Positions 43,501 to 64,000 of a stretch of 64,000 nucleotides of DNA are shown here, piece after piece. Position numbers and translations under genes: made by a program. The notes under the pieces were generated by a model, which was not told the origin of the DNA, ran no database searches, and was given only the letters and a program-made list of their open reading frames with translations. Origin of the DNA: Bugula neritina (lineage: Eukaryota; Animalia; Bryozoa); NCBI GenBank assembly GCA_964035545.1, contig OZ037765.1, positions 20,398,995 through 20,462,994 of the forward strand, read 5' to 3'. Numbering within the stretch: position 1 is the first letter of the stretch; the number at the start of each line of letters is the position of its first letter.

Positions 43501-46500
43501 ACTAAATTTGCTGAACTGGTCTGGCATGTGTAGTATCCACTTGATATGCATTCTTGTCATGAAGAACTGCATTTTCTGTTATTGCTTTTCCTTCATGATA
43601 ACTCTGCCTCAGTATTTCTAAAGATGAAACAGTTAAGATGTGAACACATGGTGCAAGTAGACCAATGCTCAGACACCAGTTAACTGCTAGTATATATAAG
43701 GTCATACTCCAAGTTGAGTTTTAATTTGCATCTTTCCTAGAAGAGATTGCAATTGGCATCTCTGTAACAAAAATAACAACAACAAAAAACAAATAACTTT
43801 AGAATATTTTTTAACATGATAATGCAAGTTTCATAGGATGAGAGCTTTGGATTGAAAGGTTAAGGCATAAGCTGCAGTATGCTAGATATTTTGGGTTATA
43901 TTCTCTAAATAACACTCCCTCCCTTTTTACAACTAAGAGGTGTGTTTCTGCATGGATTACACTGCTGATTAAAGAGCATCTAGAATGATGTGATGAAATG
44001 GTGATAGAACCTACACCCAGGTACTATGTGGAGGAAAAAACTGTGATGTAAATTATTAAAGATACAAGCTACTTACAAATATACATCATATCTATTTTGT
44101 GGCCAAGCTACAGCAGCAGTGATTTACCCAATACAATGATAACCAGAAACATTAAAATGTTATAAAACTCTAAAAGACAATTATTAACATGCCACTGTGG
44201 TCACCCTTACAAGTAGAACTTTTTGGTCCAATTCTTATTTCTGTAGTCCCTAGCAATGTAGTACTTTTGTCTATGATGTTGGAGAATGTCCAGTGTGTCA
44301 CACAAAACTGGTACCTATTTAAGGTAATGGCATCAATATGGGTGTGTTGTATTATATCTGCTCTTCAGGTATGTCTAGTATATATATCTACAACATATAG
44401 TATCACAAAGTATACTACTTGAAAGCAATAGCCATATTACTTGAATAAAACGGAAACTATTAAGGGTAAGACAAAATTAGTTGGATGTTACAACTTTACT
44501 GCATAAAAATGCCTACATAATTATATTGAATGTGTTAACTTGTGTTTATAAAAAGAAAAAAATAGTTTTATTCCTGACTTCACAAATTGTATAACAGCAT
44601 TGACATTCTTAGTAACATAATTATTTTATAGAGCAGTTCTGGTATTGGTGATATTACATGCTATGTCCATGTGTTGAAGTTGGCGTTTCTACCTGAACAT
44701 TTATATTTTAGATAATGGGAAGAAATGAGTAGGAAATGTTTGGTAATGTGCATATAACTATATAATGGCAAAATGTATAAAATAATAAAAAAAAATATTA
44801 CTACATGTCCATTGTTGTAAATGTGTGGGTTTTGCCTCCTACTAACAGTGTTGATTGAACATAGAAATCTTTGTGGGAGTCTGAAAAAATAAAGTAGGTA
44901 GATTTTGAGTACTTCATTGTAACCCTGCTAAAAAGGGGCTCATGCAGGCATAGCCCTTCACAAGTAGAAAGAAGAGTAGTTGATAGTAAATGATTCTTTG
45001 GAGAAGTAAATTTTCCAAATCTTTTAAAAAAATTGCGAAAGAGCATTTTAGGTGAACTACCAAGCATATAGAAATATATTAAATCAATGCAGTAGTTTTC
45101 AGGTGAGGTAGTATTTTTCACATCTTCTGCATAAAAAATTAGCAAACAAAGTATTCATTTTTATAAGTAGTTGAATAGCTTCTCAAATTATAAGAGCCCA
45201 GTCAAATAAACTCAAGCATGTATGCTCAACATGCTTTTAGAGCTGAGCAATGACTTAAAGTTGCAAAAATATCTCATCCACAGCAGAAATTAACAACTAT
45301 TTTTAGTCACAGTGTGGGGCTAGTTGTGCCAAAAAACTTTGTCAAAATGACTCTATCTTAGTGAGTATAATGTTTATGCATTTACAGTAGTTTCAATGGA
45401 CAAAGACATATTATTACTTGGACAACATATTATTGACTTTGATGATGCTAGTTTTTAGATTGGCAAAATAATTTTTCAAAACTTATGTTCAAAAACCTAA
45501 TTTTTGGTTCAATTAGCCCCACCCTCATTTAAAATATATGTGGTTTCAAAATAAATGTATATATTATTAGATTTGGTTTACTATAGCACTTTATAAGCAT
45601 AAGCAAGGATAGGCTGTAGTTGAAGCAAACAACACACTGTGGTTGAATGCATAGCTAGGTGTGAACCCTGCAGCACATATAACAACATATTAGCAGCTGT
45701 TCAAATGTTTCAAAGTTGCCATTTCTGTTAGACTTTAGTTGGTATAGGTATATACCTAAGTCATATTGTAAATTGCTACAATATATAAAAATAATTATAA
45801 CCTTTGATAAAATTTAAGAACAAAAAATTTCAATTTGCCCATTTAAAGTATTTTGAGTGCAAATAAACTTGTACGTACATAATATTTTCAACTCTATAAC
45901 CAGTAAGCCTAAGTGAAATTGTAAATAATATAAAAGGGAAAAAAAGTACATAATATGCTCTATGCACAATGATCTTCAAAATATGGAAATAAAGATTATT
46001 CGTCTTAAATATGCTTTGTCATGGTAACAGTGGCAGGAACTCAAACTCAAACTATTGCTTATTGTCAACAGTCTATATTTCCATATAAAAGACTGCAACT
46101 AGTAAAAACATAAATAATCTGATTGAATTTACACTAATTAATTACAAGCATTGATTAAAGAACTTTTACTTGAATAAAAACAAAAAATAACATAATACTC
46201 GCATGTATTTTGTCAACGAAGACTTGAAAGTTATGGGAAAGGAAAACTATGAGAGAAGTGACTACAGTCAACTTTCCTCCTTCACTTGTTTAGCTGCACT
46301 GACTCAAGCCATAACAAAGATAGCTATGATGATCAAAAAGCTATTGCCAAAGCACTTTCACAAAAAGCTTTCACAAAAAAAGCTTCCGCAAGAAAGCATT
46401 CACAAAATACTTTTACCAAAAGCATTTCATTAAATTCTTTGAACAAAAAGCTTCAGGTGCAGAAATCATATTAATTGCCATTCTTAGTTTAATTATAAAC

Positions 46501-47864
46501 ATAAGCAATGCCATAGGTTAAATTTTCAAATTCTACTCCTGCTAGGTTTTAATAATTAAGTTTTAGATAAGAGCAATGGTCAGCTCTATACATGGTGGAA
46601 AGATATTTTGGAGTTATTACTTCTTGTTGTTATATAACTGCTTTTCAGGTGAACTTATATAAATATTTATAATTGAAGTGATATAATTATTAACTCTTTA
46701 TATTATTAATTCCTCTATTGTCTGTATCATTTTCCTTAGTGTAAACTGGGATGCTATAACCAATGTTGTATAATTGTTTTTGAATTTATGCAGTACACTG
46801 AAATTGTTCCTAATTACTTGAGTTGTCTAACCATATATCCTGCATGGCTCACATAATGTTCAATGTCTGACCTCCTCCTTACAAGTAATGAATCTTCAGC
46901 TAAAAATAGAGCTATCTATTCACTGGCACTAGGCATATTCTACTGATGTGTTTTATACCAGAAATGTTTCTACTTCTTACAGTATAGCAGACTATTATAC
47001 AGATTGCTAGTGTCATAATCTATAGTGAGTTAAAGTCTCAGCAGTAGCAAAGAAACAAAAATATTAGCCATATAATTATCATCAATATGACTGCCTTTTT
47101 CTAAGCTGAAGATGAAGTTGATAAAAACCATCACTCAAGTTATTCAAATCAACTGGCACAAAACAAATCTCTCCAGGTCATGTTTTTGAGATAGCTCATG
47201 GAGACACCTTTGGCATAACAGTGAGTTTTTAAAATATATAATATATGGTCTCTTATGTGCTAACATTGTAATAGTTATCAACCTCAGAATATCTGACCCA
47301 CAGCCTGCTAGTTGTGTGCATGAATGAATTATTTTATACTTTAATGAAAGATTGTCAGTCTCGGTTTTTAAGCCTCATTCAATTCAATTTAATTTTTACT
47401 CAGCTATGTTTTTTCTATAACAGCCTAATTATTATTTTGTTTTGTATTTAATATCGCATTTGTTGTATTGAGAAGTGGCAAAGTTTGCACTAACCAGCCT
47501 GTCTAGATGAGCTCAATAATTTGTTTGCTGGTCTGGGACTTTTCACTCTAAAACTTCAATTAAATGTTAATAAGTATAACATTTAGTAAGCTATACTATT
47601 TTTAATGCTTATATCGCAATTTACGTAGTATTATTCATATTATACTTAATATCATTATAAGTTAATTGTAACTAAAATGTATACAGTATGGTATGTAGGC
47701 CTAATATAGTAAGCCATGCAACAAAACCCCTCATGCAGTTGCATTTTTAAATCTACCACACATTGTGGAAACTATGCATTATCAAAATAGTTTGCAGTTT
47801 GCATGGATAATAATATAGTTGCTAAAACTACTATATAGTACTATATATAAAGAAATCATCTTTG

Positions 47865-47975
47865 CTTTCTTATCTTCTATGTCTCTTGGACTGAGTGATA
47901 AGCCTAAGCTGATTTCTTAGATAAATAGAGGTGTGATAGATAAGGCTCAAGAAGAAAATCATGTTAGATGTTACA
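47865..47975 (+). promoter_or_regulatory. Conserved GATA-rich upstream element of ANL gene copy 2
   Basis: Identical 25-mer at 47923-47947; same GATA sites as copy 1; likely 5'UTR exon donor GTAAGT at 48042. Confidence 0.65.
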
Positions 47976-48205
47976 TCTAATCTACCATTTTAATCTGCAC
48001 CGCAATATATATGCACTCTTTGGAACGACCAGCCAACAAACGTAAGTATAACACATCCTACTTTTTCTCCTAGAATAGTTTACATTTTACTGCATTTGTA
48101 TTTTGTCAGAATTTTACTTCTGAGCTTTGATAAATTGTTCAACATTTATGTATAATTGACATTTTGTTGTTATTTATTTTTTGTAAAGAAAAAAATCTTA
48201 TCAAA

Positions 48206-56018
<7,813 letters not shown>

Positions 56019-56864
56019 ATAAAGCAATGAAGAAGTTGTTGAATACATGTTATAGTGCTAGTAATTCATCTTATAGACTATCATATTAGCTCTATAATAT
56101 ATATTATATAACATTCATTATTAAATATATGTAACTGTTGGTAGCTACTAAATGTGATTTTTTTAATTTGCAACAATAACTCTAGCTATTAAGTTATATA
56201 TGATAAGAAGAGTATTAAATTGTTTATTTAAACAGCTTCTCATTACCATCCCTGTATAATGAAGTTTACTGTAAACCTTGTAAAGTCAGCTTAAACTTCT
56301 TTACACATATATAACTATTTTGTTTTATTTTCTCAATGATTATTCTAATTGAAAATGGAAGTACAAATCATAATTTTTTATTCTAAGTCAAGACCTTATT
56401 TTATATCATCAACAGAAAAATTTAGCTGCAGTTTTTTCAATAATCCATAATTAATATTATCATAAATGATATCAACTTCACAATTCGGCTTCAACAGCTA
56501 AAAAAATAACATTCTTTAAGATACCGAAATTTATAAAAAATAAGGTAAAATTTTTATCTGTTTTATATAATAAACACTGCAAATTTTAAAGCGTTTGTGT
56601 TGTGGGGAGTTGTCTTACCTCTATGACAGATTTTCAGTTACGGCTGCAGCAACAACTTTCTTCATCACAATAATGAAAATTAAGTTTAGCTGATTATTCC
56701 TTAAATCTAACTATTAAATCTACATGTTTAACGCAACCAAATTTGTTTATGTTACTTAAAAATGTAATATATTATGTATATTGTAGTGCAACATATAATT
56801 ATTTATAAAAAGTTATAAAAGTTATAAAAAGTTATATACTATATAACATATACTACAGGTTATA

Positions 56865-56966
<102 letters not shown>

Positions 56967-59900
56967 CAGAATATTATGTTAATATAATGTTATGAGCAAC
57001 TTTTCAAGTGTCTACTCTTTTGATGCTTATGCCCAAATTTGCCAAAACTAATGGTAATATCTAAGTTGTTTGTTATAATATTATTGTCGTCTTTGAATAA
57101 GAAATAATAATTATATATAGTATCTTGCTTGTGGGTACATTTGTTTACACTTGAAATATTATGATTTAATATATCAGCATAATAACTTTATTGCATTATC
57201 AAAATAATAACATAATATAGTTTTGGTAGCTCATCAGCCACAATGCTAACAATCTACCACCAGAGACAAGCAGAACAGTTAGCGGTGGGCAAGTGGAATC
57301 CTGCTTTATCACTTACATTGTAAAATAAGTCAGTTGAGAATTTGGCTGCAAGCAAGCCAAGTCAATCTATGCTAGTATTGTATAGAAAGTCATCAGTAAG
57401 CAGAAACTAAATTCTGAGAGATGTATTTCAGCGTATGATAATGTTTTTTTTTTGAAGAATGAGAAAAAATAGATTCTAAGTTATATATAAAGGATCTCAA
57501 AGTTTTAAAAATATCAGATAAAATTGAAAGTCAACTAGAGCAAATACAAAGTTGTACTCTGTAAATTAAATTTACAAATAGTAAGAACATTTCTTGAACT
57601 TTATTAAATTGCATATTAGTCATCATATGTACAATTAAACATAGCAAAGAACTTGAGATGCATGGAAATAATATATCCGTTGTCATATTGACAATCTTTG
57701 TTTAATTGTGGAATTTTATCCCACTAAGTTTACAAGGCGAAATATTTGTTCTTTGTGATAAAGTTATTGAAACTTGGAATCATCTTTCGAGCAAATATTA
57801 CATTTCAGTACCAATAGGCCATAGTTATTGAGATGTGCTTCCTTCATGCAATCTTAGCAGGTGGCCAAGTGTGGAATATTTTCTTTTGTAAAAAATTTGT
57901 GTTCTTCAGTGTTGCTTTGATTTAGTTTAGGAAAAAAACTCTCAATTATATTATCTGTTTTAGCAGATAATTCTAAGAATAATACATATATTATATTATA
58001 TTATATTATATTATATTATATTATATTGTATTATATATATATATATATATATTACGCAATTTATGTTTTGTTTATTAAGTGTAATACAACAGTAACGCAA
58101 CAATTATAAAAATATAACAAAATATATCGATGTATGGTATTAACCTTTGGCACAACTTTATAGCAGTTTGCAAATTTATTTTTCCAATAACAATGGTATA
58201 TCACTGATACAAATTATTCATTTCCATAAGATTATTATTGCCAATTCTTTGCAGCAAGTATGGTACTAAAATTAAAAATAAGCAAAATATATGTTTTCAA
58301 ATAAATCAAATTACTGCTATGGGAACCATAATCAAGGCCACAAAAAGTGTTATCACAATTTTCTGAACAGAAGCTTGCTGCTTGAGTGACTTTTATTTTA
58401 AAGTTTACTGCAAAATTTTTAAAAACAAGTTCATAGTTTCAAAGCTTACATTTAAAAACTTTGGCTATAATAATTTTTGCTTCTATTTACTATTGCGAAT
58501 CTGCATCGACTGTCAAGTTTTGGTACATGACCAGTTGCCCAACAGTTATCACAATAAATATTTACATATTAAGGTAATTAATTATATTGTTCAATAAAAA
58601 ATAATGATATCATTGATACAGGAAGTTAGCAACTTCATTGTAAAAGTTATTATTGTTATTAATTTAAGAACTCAAATCTGTCAACTTTCTACGGACTATT
58701 AGTAAGTATTTTTTCTATTTCAACATATGATGCACAGGAAGCTAGGCTTGCTAGCTGTACGACAATTACATCGAGTGCATTTGACAATATGTTCATACAG
58801 TTTTAGGAGCCGCAGATAACATAATAATATTTTAATAGACCTAATGATGCTGTTACAGCTAAGCCGCTGGGTGATATATAGTATTATGAGGGTAAGAATT
58901 AATAAAATTCTTCAAATATTTCTGGTCACCAGTCACTAACCAAACTTTTAAGTTTGTCTTTTTCTGCAGCTGACACCAAAATAATATTATTTTACGAGTT
59001 ATGCAGCTCTTATGCTTCAGCTATAATATCATTATTTTATGAAAGATTGGAATTTAGATGACTTGTAATTGTTATCACAGGTTATTACTGTGACATATTT
59101 ATCAGTAAATCACCAACAACGTTATTCAGATGAATTTAAAGAATTTCTCGTCTAAGGAATATTAGTGTTACTATTTTATTATAGTTATCTACATTATCTA
59201 ACATAAAGTGCCAACAATTATGCAAGCATGCACCATAATAACCTTTGTATATAATATATATTGTTTACATTGACTAGCCTCTAATCCTACAATTATGTGT
59301 AAGCTATACAGCATAGGCATGCACAAAAGAAAACAAATTATTTATTAGGCTAAGTCTACTTCTTTTTGGATTATTGCTGGCAGCTATCAGTTGTTCATAT
59401 ATTTAGCTATAAGTCTTAAATTATTTTAAGAATTGCCATTTTTATTCTCATAAATTTTATTGGATTGACTTCTTACTAATGTGTTATTGTGAAAAAAATT
59501 CTAATTTAAAAAAGCATTTGGACTACACTTACATAGTTCATATAAATATTACTATAATATTGTAGAGTGGCTTCAGTCAACTTTATCCATGTTTTGGTTT
59601 TTTTTCTAGCACTGTGTATGTCTAAGTATTTTATTCTTGTTGGAATTACTATTTCAGATGTCAGATTTTCTTATCTTGGTGCTGGCTGTATTTCACGGCT
59701 ATTAATTCAGACACTTCAAGACCAGCTTGTATATAAATATGGTATTTACATTTATGCGCACATTTTTGACCAAAAACTCTTGAGCTGTAGTCTCCAACGT
59801 TACCTATAATTAGCCAGTATATTACAGCACTACGCAATGGCTCCCTTGCACACTGGGACATAAGGGCTGGCTGGCTGGCTAGCCAAGGTGTGCGACTAGA

Positions 59901-62555
59901 GTACTGCAGCTCTGAGTAGTTGACTGGCCAACCCCATACCCCCCAGTACATTCTCTTAGCCACTTGATATAGTCAGTTAGTGTTTGCTAACCAAGCCAAG
60001 CGTAGATATGACTTATCTAGCTACTAATTCTTGGCTAGAGTGACATAGATAAGGCAGCATTTAGCATACATTGACCTACCAAACTTATTTCAAACTTATC
60101 TTGTGTCAACAATGGCCAATCCTTGCACAAATATACCATTTAAATGAGGTTCTCACCATGCAAGAGCCTTCTCAACCTCTACCACACTCTACTTTTCTTA
60201 TGACAGCTCAGTATTGACATCTACAAGAGAACTTGTGAAAGTAAACCTCTAAAGACTGTTGGGAATTACTCAGCCCAAGCACTAAGCAATGTACTGGGAA
60301 TGGGTGGTACACTTGCTGAACATAGCTGAAATCAATCAATCACGAATGAATTGAAACAAAAGTCACTCTAAAAATAATTTGGCGGAACTGTTAAAATTAA
60401 GTTCAAAATTTAGGCCAGTAATTACATACTGCACTGCACTCACGTCGTTGCCAATATGCATTTGGCTGAGATGGTGTGGTAATTCTGATAGCCATAAACA
60501 TGCGAAGTCAAGTGCTCTCAAGCATTGTTTCATTTACTGCTATGCATTGTCATAAATGATTACTGCTCTGTATTAAAATACAATAATTAACAGCTATAAA
60601 AGCTGATTAGATACCCTTGCATCCCTATGGTCAAGAAGGCCACTTGTACAAGTTTATACTATTTATACTGATAACATTAATAATATGATACTTGGGTCTT
60701 CAGGAGAATTTTAGAAGACATAAAAAATAAAACATATATTTAGAACTTGCTGTGTTTATTTTTTATCCTGTTTACTTGGGTGATGATTCCAACAGTATAC
60801 CCATGTGTGATGTTGCTTTCACTAATGACCACACTGTTACAAAAAGCATTGCATACAAGTTTTTAAAAGTGCTAAAGAATAATAATTATTATTACACTTT
60901 GCTGATATATATGTAAATAGAATTACAACTAATTTAATGCAGCTCTGTTCGCACTGCGTGATACCCAACTGCTGCTTTATGCTGGAAATTTCTGCCCTAT
61001 ATTAAAAGTTGTGCACTGAGCACACAAGGCAAGAGCAACAGCCCATATGTTAGTTACATGCCCTGAATGCATTTTATACAGAGTTTATAGGATGCCTATT
61101 ATAGCCCATATGTCTGTTACACGTACTGCTGATTATTTCATATACTGTTATCAATACAGTCAGCATTGATTACACTCATCCTCCTCAGTGGGGTACCACA
61201 TCAGGCTTACAAAAGATTGCTTGAATGCATATTTTTATTTCCTAGCATGTGCTTTTATGAAGTATCTTTTCTGCTTTAAAAAAGGATACAAGGCCAGACC
61301 ATTATACACAACGAACATATTTTATTTATATTCACCAAAATTGCTATAAACCGTATTTTTAATGTTTTCATTTCACTGATAAAACCAACATTGATATGTT
61401 TTGTTTGGCCCAAGTCTAATTTTTGCTTCATTACAGCAACACTTTGGAGCAGTTTAAATTTTACCCAGCCTTTAGTTTTATAATTTAGAGATAAAATCAT
61501 ATAAGAGCTGCCATATTTTATAGTTTACTTAGATTACTTCTAGAAGTAATATACAAATTTACTTTCGTGAAGTGTAAACACTTTAGCATCTTTTTTCCAT
61601 TGTCTATAAAAATTGTATTACTTTATCTGCTTGCTGTTGAAATTTCTGCTTTATTTCTTCGAAATATTATTAGGATTCTTTTGTGTAGTACATTTATCGG
61701 AGCCCAAAATGAAGCACTATATCATAATAGGCATTGAAACTTGTGCTGCGTGTAACATTCAACTAATTACCCTTAAATGCATGCAGAATGATGGAACTAT
61801 TTTGGTCATTCGGTCTTGAATTGAAGTAGCTGATTATTTTATTTGACCACAACATGCCTAAAATAAATCATAAGTTGTTGTTTTTAAACAAACTATTAGA
61901 AGCTAGATTGTCTACCCCAAGGAGTCTCCATCTAGTGCAGACAGCCCAACAAGATTGACCAATGAGCAGTCAAGTGTGGTACCAGCCAAGTGTAACCAGC
62001 CTGGTCTTCTCCTAATTGTAAAGCACCAAACTCATGGCATGCAGTGTGTTGCACATTCAGACGTTCTTATTGGCTACCCATTCTTCATATATATTTTTGC
62101 TAATCATTTTACAATTCAGTACATTTAACTTTATCTTGTTCAAATTATCTTTGCTTGGTGTTAGTACATACAAGTGTAAACTTCACTCCATAATTTTCTG
62201 TTTATTGCTGACAAAGCTATCTGTTCAGAGTGATAAAAAGGTAAAGTGATTTGTGAATTTATATCATAGACAGTAATGTAGATAAGTGATAATATTTCTG
62301 TTACATATATACATATATGGGTGCATAAGTTAGTATGTTACACAAACTGTGATACCTACTAGCTTGCAAGTATCTGATGTAAAATTTCTTTAAAGTGTTG
62401 CTTTTTTCGTGGTTGTTTTCTAAACAAAATGAGTACCAAAAGAAGCTTAACCGAATGCAGGATTAGGCTGCTGTTTTCTCTTTTAAGCAAGTATCTGCTT
62501 ATTTTATTTGTGTTCCATATTGTCTTTATATTTTTCATTATGAATTTATTGCTCT

Positions 62556-62850
<295 letters not shown>

Positions 62851-63423
62851 AACACACTATTTTGATGGGTATATAGATTTAATTGCTGTTTTCCTCTATC
62901 AATAAAATCATCCAACAAAATTGCTTGTAGTTCATAATTACTAAACCACTAATTTAATATATCTGTCAAGTGTGCTGCGTTTGGGTATTGGAATGGCTTT
63001 ATATATGCTTTTCATAAGCTAAAATAATGCTCAACAATAAAATGTGATATGATTTTGACAGCTCTTATGTAACATCTAATTAGCACCAATATTAATATAT
63101 TATACTAAGTTGACAAGGAGTAAATTTGCAAACTAATTAAAGTTTGAAACAAGATCCACAACTATAATTGAAGAATATTTTGCAAGTTCATATTATATTA
63201 CCATTCCCTAGCATTTCTGCTTCATTGTATTATAAGAATGTACAAGAATCACTCAACTGTGCTGTTGAAACTTGTTTGTAAACATAGGTCAAAACAATAA
63301 ACTGATGTGATTAGTAATGCTAGCTATGTTTTACCACTATAATTCAACATTGTAGTAGTGATTGAGTCATATTTCTGTTGTTGTATTTGACACGAAAGAA
63401 ATATGCATTAATTTTATTTTTAG

Positions 63424-63639
63424 AACAAGCCAAAGAAAGTTATTACAATGGCGGCTGTGAGTGCAATCGGACAAGATTATTGTAGCAAGTATTTGTCACA
63501 GTTTTCTGCTGCTTCAAATCCTGCCAACAAGTATGGCTTAGACATGGACAGTCACAGCACCCTTGGAGCCGAGTATGACAAACTCTACGGCAGTATTCCA
63601 TATTATAACCCAGCGACAGTAGCTTATGCACATCCACAG
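63424..63639 (+). CDS. Coding exon (probably first coding exon, ATG 63448) of an unidentified host gene continuing beyond the window
   Basis: Strong acceptor (TTTTATTTTAG) and donor (CAG|GTATGT); 216-nt open phase-0 exon with raised GC; Tyr/Ala/Ser/Pro-rich peptide MAAVSAIGQDYCSKY...YGSIPYYNPATVAYAHPQ. Confidence 0.65.
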
Positions 63640-64000
63640 GTATGTATTGGTAGCTAGCATGTCCTAATATCTAAAGTAGCCAGTGACACAAACTTTGGCT
63701 ATCTCTCCGTAATTACATTATAGATATAAATTAGAATAATTTTGTACTCTAATTTACGTGGTGCGTGTGTTTGATTTATCCATTAAAGTACAACCTGTGT
63801 AATAATTACGCTTATCACAAAAAAGACTGTGATTTTATTAATACCTTCTTCAAAGAAATTTATAAGCAAAATTGATGTTTTAAGTCTATGCAGCTCAGAC
63901 AGTTATCTGTACTACTTTAAAGATTTCCTCGTTTTCTAATTTGGTGTGTCTGTTAATATTTGTGTGTACAGTCAACTTGTTAGGCCTAGAAGTTTGGTTT

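Overview
AT-rich, intron-containing animal (invertebrate-like) genomic DNA; not prokaryotic. From left to right: (1) the last three coding exons of a receptor-tyrosine-kinase-type gene with an EGFR/ErbB-like phosphotyrosine tail (98-1680). (2) A decayed hAT (Buster-like) transposase, tRNA-derived SINEs and microsatellites. (3) A ~13-14 kb (approx. 11.2/12.5-25.2 kb) endogenous Polinton/Maverick (adintovirus-like) locus. It is a collage of at least two, probably three, divergent elements: two different protein-primed PolB sequences, two different major-capsid fragments, an adenain-type protease fragment, two outward-facing AGTAGT-type termini, and a set of spliced, intron-containing accessory genes including three paralogues of one small beta-rich domain and a C2H2 zinc-finger gene. 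All are inactivated; no integrase or packaging ATPase was recognised. (4) Two intact tandem 15-exon (coding) genes for ~590-aa ANL-superfamily adenylate-forming enzymes (acyl-CoA synthetase/luciferase-like; 33522-41754 and 48206-56018). They share a GATA-rich promoter block and have near-identical exons, but active-site substitutions are concentrated in motif A5 (GYGMCE vs DYSMSE). (5) Between them, a Ginger/KRBA2-like integrase remnant and a 19-bp minisatellite. (6) One coding exon of an unidentified gene at the right edge. Gene models were built by hand from splice sites and phase continuity; family assignments come from recognised motifs, not database searches.
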